Shown: positions 56,874-64,000 of the stretch, piece by piece
Layout of the letters: each line of letters begins with the position of its first letter
Position numbering within the stretch: the first letter of the stretch is position 1
Notes under the pieces: generated by a model
Seen by the model: only the letters and a program-made list of their open reading frames with translations
Told to the model about the DNA's origin: nothing
Databases searched by the model: none
Program-made: the position numbers and the translations under genes
NCBI GenBank assembly: GCA_015063955.1
Contig: SVTD01000003.1
Coordinates: 3,952-67,951 of the forward strand
DNA from: Oscillospiraceae bacterium
GTDB taxonomy: Bacteria; Bacillota; Clostridia; Oscillospirales; CAG-272
DNA: 64,000 nucleotides
Direction: 5' to 3'

Positions 56874-57716
56874 ATGAAAGAAATGCTTGAAAGAATATTT
56901 ACTCCCGATACGCTTGATGCGCTTATTAAGTTCCTTGCAAACACAGGCGTGAAAATACTGATCTCTATACTGATCCTTTTCATCGGATTCAGACTGGTCA
57001 ATTCTATCCTCAAAAAAATCAAGAAATCAAAGGCTGCCGCAAAGATCGACAGCTCAGCAAACAGCTTTATTCTGAGCTTTGCATCTATTGCTCTTAAGGC
57101 GATAATACTCATTACCGTTGCAGCATATCTGGGCGTTCCCATATCGTCAATGGTAGCGCTTGTTGCAAGTGCAGGCGTTGCCATCGGCCTTGCTCTTCAG
57201 GGAGGACTTTCCAATATCGCCAGCGGACTTATGATAATCATCTTCCGCCCCTTCGTTCTCGGTGATTATATTGAAAATGCAGGGCAGTCGGGAACGGTTG
57301 ACTCCATCGGCATTTTCCATACTACCCTTGCCACGGTAGACAATAAAAAGATCGTCATTCCCAACAGCATCCTCACAAGCCAGACGCTTATCAACTACTC
57401 TGCAGAAAAGACCCGCCGTGTTGATCTTGAGTATACGGCGGCATACGAATGTGATATTGATAAGGTGAAATCCATAATTCTCGAAACTGCAAAGGCGATC
57501 CCTGCCGCCCTGAAAAGAGAGGACATCGCTCCCATCGAGGTCATGGTAGTCGCCCACGATGCAAGCGCAATAAGATACCGCATCCGTATCTGGTGCAATT
57601 CAGAGGATTACTGGACTATCGCCTTCGCCATGAACGAGAACGTCAAAAAAGCCTTCGACCGCGAGGGCATCGAGATCCCCTATAATAAAATGGACGTTAA
57701 CGTCGTTAATAAATAA
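56874..57716 (+). CDS. mscS: Small-conductance mechanosensitive channel
   Basis: GVAIGLALQGGLSNIASG, RPF..GD, IPNS, GIEIPY motifs. Confidence 0.92.
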   Translation: MKEMLERIFTPDTLDALIKFLANTGVKILISILILFIGFRLVNSILKKIKKSKAAAKIDSSANSFILSFASIALKAIILITVAAYLGVPISSMVALVASAGVAIGLALQGGLSNIASGLMIIIFRPFVLGDYIENAGQSGTVDSIGIFHTTLATVDNKKIVIPNSILTSQTLINYSAEKTRRVDLEYTAAYECDIDKVKSIILETAKAIPAALKREDIAPIEVMVVAHDASAIRYRIRIWCNSEDYWTIAFAMNENVKKAFDREGIEIPYNKMDVNVVNK

Positions 57717-57726
57717 CAAAAAAATA

Positions 57727-58060
57727 AATAAATCCGGGTTTGTCGGGGAGGGGGAACGGGGGATGCAAAGAACTTTTTTGAAAAAAAGTTCTCTGCACTC
57801 TCAAAAAACTTTGAACTATTGGTGTAGCTGAAGTTTACAAGGCAAAAGTTGCAGGGCAAAGCCCTGCGGCGCTTACAGCGCCAACCAACGCTTTAGGGTA
57901 AAAACCCGAAAATAAACTTGTTCATTTTCGGGTTTTTACCCTAAAGCGTTGGCTTTTGCCTTTTCGCTATCTTTGTTTTTTGAAGTTTTTTGCGGAGCTT
58001 TTTTTCAAAAAAGCGACCGTTTCCTTATTACTTGAACTGTTCTATAAACCCGTATTTGAA
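57727..58060. mobile_element. MITE/REP-like element, copy 2 (core inverted relative to copy 1)
   Basis: 57762-58021 is largely the reverse complement of 29235-29496; degenerate TIRs at both ends. Confidence 0.8.
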
Positions 58061-58203
58061 GAATTTTACAGGCACAAAATGTGGTATGTGATAGGATATA
58101 TTGTGTAAAAAATACCGGTCGGAGTACTGTATAAAGCATTGCGGCAGCGCGTTTTTTGCCCGCTCTTTTTTTATCACTTTTTAGGCACTCGCAGAAACTT
58201 CAA

Positions 58204-58369
58204 CCACAATATATTGTGTTTTCGAACTTTTCGACACCCATATATGCCACAATGAACAAATTTTTAACCAAATAAAGGGTGCGATCTTTGGTTATTGTGC
58301 CGATTCGTTCCAAAAACAAATATATCTTGTTGCATCCCTATTGACTAAACACAATATATAGTGTATAAT
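58204..58369 (+). promoter_or_regulatory. nrdD promoter with NrdR boxes
   Basis: TTGACT-17-TATAAT (58341-58369); NrdR-like boxes ACACAATATATAGTGT (58349), CCACAATATATTGTGT (58204) and a weaker one near 58316. Confidence 0.82.
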
Positions 58370-58418
58370 ACGTTTGCTTCGAAAATAACAAACCACTAAT
58401 AAGACAGGAGAAACAACT

Positions 58419-60773
58419 ATGTATCAGGTTCTGAAAAGAGACGGCAAGGTCACAGATTTTGACCTTTCAAAGATCACACAGGCGATCACAATGGCGTTTG
58501 AGGCGCAGGAAAAGAATTACGTTCCCTCCGTCATTGACTTTCTCGCACTTAAGGTTACCGCAAACTTCGAGTCCAAGATAAAGGAAAACCTCATCTCCGT
58601 TGAGGACATCCAGGACTCCGTTGAGTCTGTTCTCGTACAGGCAGGCTACGATGACGTTGCTAAGGCATACATCATCTACCGCCGTCAGAGAGAAAAGGTT
58701 CGTAACATCGAAAACACCACACTCGACTACAAGGAGCTCGTTGACAACTACGTTAAGATCAACGACTGGCGCGTTAAGGAAAACTCCACAGTTACTTACT
58801 CCGTCGGCGGACTTATCCTTTCAAACTCCGGTGCTATCACTGCAAACTACTGGCTGAGCGAGATCTACGACGACGAGATCGCAAACGCTCACAGAAATGC
58901 AGACATCCACCTCCACGACCTTTCCATGCTCACAGGCTACTGTGCAGGCTGGTCTCTTAAGCAGCTCATTCAGGAGGGTCTCGGCGGCGTTCCCGGAAAG
59001 ATCACATCCGCTCCCGCAAGTCACCTCGCAACTCTCTGCAACCAGATGGTCAACTTCCTCGGTATTATGCAGAACGAGTGGGCAGGCGCTCAGGCATTCT
59101 CCTCCTTCGACACATACCTCGCCCCCTTCGTTAAGGTTGATAACCTCACCTACGATCAGGTAAAGAAGTGTATCGAGAGCTTCATCTACGGTGTAAACAC
59201 CCCCTCCCGTTGGGGTACTCAGGCTCCCTTCTCCAACATCACCCTTGACTGGGTTGTTCCCGCAGACCTTGCAGAAATGAACTGTATCGTCGGCGGTAAG
59301 GAGATGGACTTCAAGTATAAGGACTGTAAGGCTGAAATGGATATGGTAAACCGTGCCTTCATCGAGATCATGATCGAGGGAGACGCCAACGGCCGCGGCT
59401 TCCAGTATCCTATCCCCACCTACTCCATCACCCGTGACTTCGACTGGTCTGAGACAGAGAACAATAAGCTTCTCTTCGAGATGACATCCAAGTACGGTAC
59501 TCCCTACTTCTCCAACTACATCAACTCCGATATGGAGCCCAGCGACGTTCGTTCCATGTGCTGCCGTCTCCGCCTTGACCTCAGAGAGCTTCGCAAGAAG
59601 TCCGGCGGCTTCTTCGGCAGCGGTGAGTCCACAGGTTCTATCGGCGTTGTTACGGTAAATATGCCCCGTATCGCTTACCTTGCTGCTGACGAGGCTGACT
59701 TCTACAAGAGACTTGACCGCATCATGGACATCTCTGCTCGAAGCCTCAAGATCAAGCGTCAGGTAGTTACAAAGCTCCTTGACGAGGGTCTCTATCCTTA
59801 CACAAAGCGTTATCTCGGCACCTTCGCTAACCACTTCTCCACCATCGGTCTTGTTGGTATGAACGAAGCTTGCCTTAACGCTAAGTGGCTCGGAAAGGAT
59901 CTCACAAACGAAGAGGCTCAGAAGTTTACTCAGGAGGTTCTCGATCATATGAGAGAGCGCCTCTCCGACTACCAGGAAATGTACGGCGACCTCTACAACC
60001 TTGAGGCAACACCTGCTGAGTCCACAAGCTTCCGTCTTGCAAAGCACGACAAGAAGCGCTTCAACGACATCATCACAGCTCACGAGGGCGCAACACCCTA
60101 CTACACCAACTCCTCTCACCTCCCCGTTGGCTACACCGACGATATCTTCACAGCTCTCGATATTCAGGACGAGCTCCAGACAAGATACACATCCGGTACT
60201 GTATTCCATGCATTCCTCGGTGAGAAGCTTCCCTCCTGGAAGAGTGCTGCAAATCTTGTTCGCAAGATCGCAGAGAACTACAAGCTCCCCTACTACACAC
60301 TTTCTCCTACATACTCAGTATGTAAGAACCACGGATATATCTCCGGCGAGGTTTACGAGTGCCCCGAGTGCGGCAACAAGACCGAGGTTTATTCCAGAAT
60401 CACAGGCTACTACCGTCCCGTTCAGAACTGGAACGACGGTAAGAGCCAGGAGTTCAAGGACCGCGTAGTTTACAAGCCTGAGACAAGCGTTCTCAAGAGA
60501 GAGGGCTGCCCCACAGACGAGCCTGCTGTAGCAGCAGAGGCTCCTGCAGAGAGCGCAAAGCCCATCCTCTTCACAACAAAGACCTGCCCCAAGTGCAAGG
60601 TAGCGGCTTCTATGCTTGACAAGGCAGGAATCGCATACGATAAGCTCTTTGTTGAGGAAAACGAGGACTTCGCACGCGAGATCGGTCTCCGTCAGGCACC
60701 TACACTTCTCGTAGGCGACAAGAAGTACGCTGAGATCGCAGGCGTTCGCGAATACATCGACAGCCAGAACTGA
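58419..60773 (+). CDS. nrdD: Anaerobic ribonucleoside-triphosphate reductase with N-terminal ATP cone and C-terminal glutaredoxin-like domain
   Basis: VLKRDG ATP cone, HLHDL, SMCCRL, ATPAES, YYTNS, SRITGYY glycyl site; C-terminal FTTKTCPKC...APTL. Confidence 0.95.
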   Translation: MYQVLKRDGKVTDFDLSKITQAITMAFEAQEKNYVPSVIDFLALKVTANFESKIKENLISVEDIQDSVESVLVQAGYDDVAKAYIIYRRQREKVRNIENTTLDYKELVDNYVKINDWRVKENSTVTYSVGGLILSNSGAITANYWLSEIYDDEIANAHRNADIHLHDLSMLTGYCAGWSLKQLIQEGLGGVPGKITSAPASHLATLCNQMVNFLGIMQNEWAGAQAFSSFDTYLAPFVKVDNLTYDQVKKCIESFIYGVNTPSRWGTQAPFSNITLDWVVPADLAEMNCIVGGKEMDFKYKDCKAEMDMVNRAFIEIMIEGDANGRGFQYPIPTYSITRDFDWSETENNKLLFEMTSKYGTPYFSNYINSDMEPSDVRSMCCRLRLDLRELRKKSGGFFGSGESTGSIGVVTVNMPRIAYLAADEADFYKRLDRIMDISARSLKIKRQVVTKLLDEGLYPYTKRYLGTFANHFSTIGLVGMNEACLNAKWLGKDLTNEEAQKFTQEVLDHMRERLSDYQEMYGDLYNLEATPAESTSFRLAKHDKKRFNDIITAHEGATPYYTNSSHLPVGYTDDIFTALDIQDELQTRYTSGTVFHAFLGEKLPSWKSAANLVRKIAENYKLPYYTLSPTYSVCKNHGYISGEVYECPECGNKTEVYSRITGYYRPVQNWNDGKSQEFKDRVVYKPETSVLKREGCPTDEPAVAAEAPAESAKPILFTTKTCPKCKVAASMLDKAGIAYDKLFVEENEDFAREIGLRQAPTLLVGDKKYAEIAGVREYIDSQN

Positions 60774-60860
60774 TAATAAAAAATCACCCTTCGGTGCAAT
60801 GTCATTAAGATAAGCTAATGGCATTGGCCGAAGGGTAATTTTTTTACAGGATGTGACCTG

Positions 60861-61790
60861 TTATTTATTCGTGCTTTTCTTTAATATGTCAGGCACCTGA
60901 GTGAGCATAATTGCCGTGAACATAAGAGCACAGCCGATCCACTCGCGGGCGGTGGGAAGCTGTACCTCTCCTACAATCGCTGTAAAAGCGATTGTTCCGA
61001 GAACGGCAAAGAGAGATTCAAGGCTCATAAGAATAGACGCAACGCAGGGGTCGGTCCTTTGCTGACCGAGGATCTGAAGGGTATAGGCAACGCCGCTGGA
61101 GAGTATCCCCGCATAGGCTACGCTTATCCATCCGTCGCGAAGGGCGGCAATTGAGGGCTCCTCGAAAATGAACATTGCGATCCCCGAGATCACGGCGCTT
61201 GTGAAAAACTGGATGCAGGAGATGCGAACGCCGTCAAGGGGTGAGGCAAGATTGTCGATGACCGTAATGTGAAGGGCGAAGACCACCGCGCAGGCGAGAG
61301 TCACAAGGTCGCAGGGGAGAACGGAAAAGTCGCCCTGAATACAGAGAAAATAAAGACCGAACACCGCAACGCCGATGCTTACCCAAATGATCGGGTGGAC
61401 CTTTTTTTTGAGAAAAAGCCCGTAAACGGGAACGAGTACTATGTAAAGTGCAGTTATGAATCCCGCCTTGTCGCTGGTGGTTCCGAGGGCGATGCCGTAC
61501 TGCTGGAGCAGTGCCGCCACGGTAAGAACGATTCCGCAGATGATGCCGACGGTAAGCGTTTTCTTATTTGTTTTCTTGTCAGGTGCCTTGAAGGTGCCTT
61601 TTTTCTTTTTTATCCCGTCACCTGCGAGGATGATGGGGATAAGGAATATGCCTCCGAGGACGCTTCTTGCCGCCTGATATGTAAGGGGCCCCATATGGTC
61701 CATACCCTCGCTCTGAGCTACGAAGGTGGTACCCCAAAGCAGCGCCGCCAACAGCAGCATTAAATTACCGATCAATTTTTGTGATTTCAT
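60861..61790 (-). CDS. DMT/EamA family transporter
   Basis: LWGTTFVAQ, KAGFITALY, AYTLQILGQ, SLESLFA motifs; about 10 TM helices. Confidence 0.9.
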   Translation of the reverse strand: MKSQKLIGNLMLLLAALLWGTTFVAQSEGMDHMGPLTYQAARSVLGGIFLIPIILAGDGIKKKKGTFKAPDKKTNKKTLTVGIICGIVLTVAALLQQYGIALGTTSDKAGFITALYIVLVPVYGLFLKKKVHPIIWVSIGVAVFGLYFLCIQGDFSVLPCDLVTLACAVVFALHITVIDNLASPLDGVRISCIQFFTSAVISGIAMFIFEEPSIAALRDGWISVAYAGILSSGVAYTLQILGQQRTDPCVASILMSLESLFAVLGTIAFTAIVGEVQLPTAREWIGCALMFTAIMLTQVPDILKKSTNK

Positions 61791-61838
61791 ATTTTTCCTT
61801 TTAAGTGATAGGTATACAAAGAATGAGGGATTACGTTA

Positions 61839-62018
61839 TTGGCTTCCCCTTGAGGGGAGGCTCCGCCGAAGGCGGTGGTGAGGTGTAGCCGCGAAGCGGC
61901 GTGGCCTTGCGAAGCAAATAAGTAAACAAGCAAAGCTTCGCTTTGCAACGGCAACATACGTTGCCTACACCTCATCCGTCACCCTGCGGGTGCCACCTTC
62001 CCCTCAAGGGGAAGGCAA
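61839..62018. repeat. REP-like nested palindrome next to the DUF559 gene
   Basis: CTTCCCCTTGAGGGGAGG ... CCTTCCCCTCAAGGGGAAGG inverted ends, inner TGAGGTGTAG/CTACACCTCA arms. Confidence 0.75.
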
Positions 62019-62027
62019 CAGTCAAGG

Positions 62028-62384
62028 TCATTGATTTTTCTGTATATGACGGAGAATATCGAAGCATACTCCTCTGAAATTACTGTTCACATCCCTGTTT
62101 GTATAACGAAGAACTGTAAGGCCTATAGAACTAAGATAATCATCTCTTTCAATATCCTTTTGGTGATGCTCTTCCTTATAATGCTGTGCACCGTCAAGCT
62201 CGATGACTGTTTTAGCTTCTGCACAGTAGAAATCTACGATATAATTACCGATAACCTTTTGTCTGTTAACAGTAACATCCAATGTTTTCAGAAAGTCATA
62301 CCATAGTTTTCTTTCTTCAGGTGTCATGTTTTTTCTTAATGTTTTTGCATTTGGAGTAAGCTTTTGGTTTTTTGTTTTATTCAT
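62028..62384 (-). CDS. DUF559 (Vsr-like) endonuclease domain protein
   Basis: LRKNMTPEERKLW, RQKVIGNYIVDFYC, IELDGAQH, D.ERD.YL...G..VLR motifs. Confidence 0.92.
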   Translation of the reverse strand: MNKTKNQKLTPNAKTLRKNMTPEERKLWYDFLKTLDVTVNRQKVIGNYIVDFYCAEAKTVIELDGAQHYKEEHHQKDIERDDYLSSIGLTVLRYTNRDVNSNFRGVCFDILRHIQKNQ

Positions 62385-62431
62385 AATCGCAAAATATAAA
62401 AGTCTGCCCCGCTGTGCGGGGCAGATTTATT

Positions 62432-64000
62432 TTATTTCTTTGCTCTTTTCCTTGCGGGGCGGCGGTGGGTTGTGGAGCACTGGCGGTAGTCAAAGATGGG
62501 GGGCACCTTTGCGGTGTTACGGTCAAACTCCGCTCCGTCGCGCTTTGCCTTTGCCTCCTCGATAAGAAGCCAGAGCTCTGTGATGATGGTCTCGCCCTCG
62601 CGGATATCGGGAAGGATAAGTCCGCCGTTTTCCCAGAGAACGGTCTCCGCCTCTTCGATATGACCGAGGCGAATGTGGGCAACCGTTGCATAAAGGCGAA
62701 CTCTGCCGTTAGCTCTTACCTCGGCGGGCATAGAAGCGTAGAGTTCAAGCGCCTCTGCATATTTTTCAGCGCCTACAACGATCTCCATGGCTTCCTTTGC
62801 TATAGAAACGTCGTGGGGAAGCATCTTTGCCGCATTCATAACGTGGAGGCTTGCATTTTCCATATCGCCGATAACGCGCTTAACAACGCATTTGCCGTAC
62901 TCAGCCCATGCGGAATTCTTGATAGCCTGAGATTTTTCAAGCTCGATCCATCCGTCGTTAAGGCGGCCTTCTGCGATATAGCTCATACCGAGCTGGAGGG
63001 TTGCATACCAGTTATCCTTGTCGGTGGTCTCTGCAGCCTCCTCCATACGGCGGGTCCACTCAGGCTGGAGCATCCAGGAGATGGGAGAATCCTTTTCATC
63101 GTGAGTAAGGTATTTCTTATCATTAAGAAGGCTGACCCAGTCTGCCTGCTCCTCTCCGACAGTGCCGAAGTCCAGGTGAGGTGTCATCTTGGGACGGCCA
63201 TTCTTCTCGCGAAGAAGATTTTCAAGTGCGCCCCAACCGCTGCCGCGGAACCTGAGGTCGCCGTCAGCGGCGCTTCTTGCCATAGGCTTAGTTCTTTCAA
63301 GAAGCTCGTCCATCTCCTCGTCTGTGATGATCTCATCAAGACGTGCGGCTACCTCGGCCTTTGCGCCCTGCCATTCACCGTGAACGGTATCTCCGTCGGC
63401 GTTCAGTGCGCCGTAAGCCTCAAGCCATTCCCAGGTTGTGTGGGGAGGCATGGGAAGGCACTCGTACTGAGTGTGAGCGATACCGCCCTGAAGCTCAACG
63501 TAGCGATCGGGAGAACCGTCTGTTGTAAGGTATTCCTGCCAGCGGTCTCCGCCGGGGTTCTGACCCCAGCAGAAGAGCTTTCTGCCCTTGAGACGGTATG
63601 TGGATGCAAAAATAAGACCGTAGCCGTCAGCGTCAAGGCAAGCCTCAAACTTTCTTGCCTTGTGAGGGATGTTATAGAAATAGTCGCCTGCGGCGGGAAC
63701 GTTTATGGGGTATGTAACGTCGTCTCCGTTATACTCGGGGATATCTACCTTTGAGGTGTTGTTATCCGCAACGAAGGTAGTGTCCGCGTTAACAACGATT
63801 CTCGTGTCGGGAGTTTCGGGAGCGGCGATATTGGACCACCAGTACATAGGAACAACGTCTGGCAGGGGATTGATAATCCTGTTTCTTGCAAAGAGGACCT
63901 TTGAGCCTGCGGGAAGGAAGAAATCCATCTGCTGAACGACACGGCGGATACGGTGGAATTCGTACATACGGAGAACGGGAGTGCCGTCCTCAAGGTGTGT
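62432..64000 (-). CDS. DUF5107-like protein with C-terminal TPR-like helices (5' end outside the window)
   Basis: RMYEF.RIR, PMYWWSN, GRKLFCWG, YVELQGG patterns; ORF open to the window edge. Confidence 0.7.
   Translation of the reverse strand, partial: THLEDGTPVLRMYEFHRIRRVVQQMDFFLPAGSKVLFARNRIINPLPDVVPMYWWSNIAAPETPDTRIVVNADTTFVADNNTSKVDIPEYNGDDVTYPINVPAAGDYFYNIPHKARKFEACLDADGYGLIFASTYRLKGRKLFCWGQNPGGDRWQEYLTTDGSPDRYVELQGGIAHTQYECLPMPPHTTWEWLEAYGALNADGDTVHGEWQGAKAEVAARLDEIITDEEMDELLERTKPMARSAADGDLRFRGSGWGALENLLREKNGRPKMTPHLDFGTVGEEQADWVSLLNDKKYLTHDEKDSPISWMLQPEWTRRMEEAAETTDKDNWYATLQLGMSYIAEGRLNDGWIELEKSQAIKNSAWAEYGKCVVKRVIGDMENASLHVMNAAKMLPHDVSIAKEAMEIVVGAEKYAEALELYASMPAEVRANGRVRLYATVAHIRLGHIEEAETVLWENGGLILPDIREGETIITELWLLIEEAKAKRDGAEFDRNTAKVPPIFDYRQCSTTHRRPARKRAKK

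Noticed and set aside
58821-60209. 462-aa antisense ORF inside nrdD (likewise 62414-63754)
   Set aside because: Antisense shadow of a strongly codon-biased gene; no independent evidence

Overview
A 64-kb stretch of chromosome from a spore-forming Clostridia-type (Bacillota) bacterium, judged from spoIVB, ylmC, spoIIE, abrB, a small spoVM, a T-box, a lysine riboswitch, GSIII and class III RNR. Most of it is housekeeping: lysine biosynthesis, stp-pknB-rsgA, rpmF, glyQS, rsmA, nrdD, glycoside hydrolases and cell-wall glycan genes. Two loci stand out. (1) At 7.4-10.35 kb the last 40 codons of spoIVB occur three times. Each extra copy is joined, at the catalytic Ser codon, to the same non-coding arm, forming a 46-bp imperfect dyad that resembles a serine-integrase attP. 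This defines two small integrase-free cargo cassettes (791 bp and 2017 bp) stacked at spoIVB, like an integron-style array. (2) At 46.6-50.1 kb a three-gene operon encodes a membrane LRR protein, a radical SAM/SPASM enzyme and a 118-aa protein ending in GGSS-N12-A, a candidate new peptide/protein-modification system. Also seen: a Tyr-specifier T-box over an acyl-CoA ligase and Na+ symporter, a candidate ~120-nt sRNA, an NMNAT-Nudix-Nudix fusion, a modular MITE/REP family with nested inversions, and a DUF559 gene next to a REP-like palindrome. All calls come from reading the sequence; no database searches were run.
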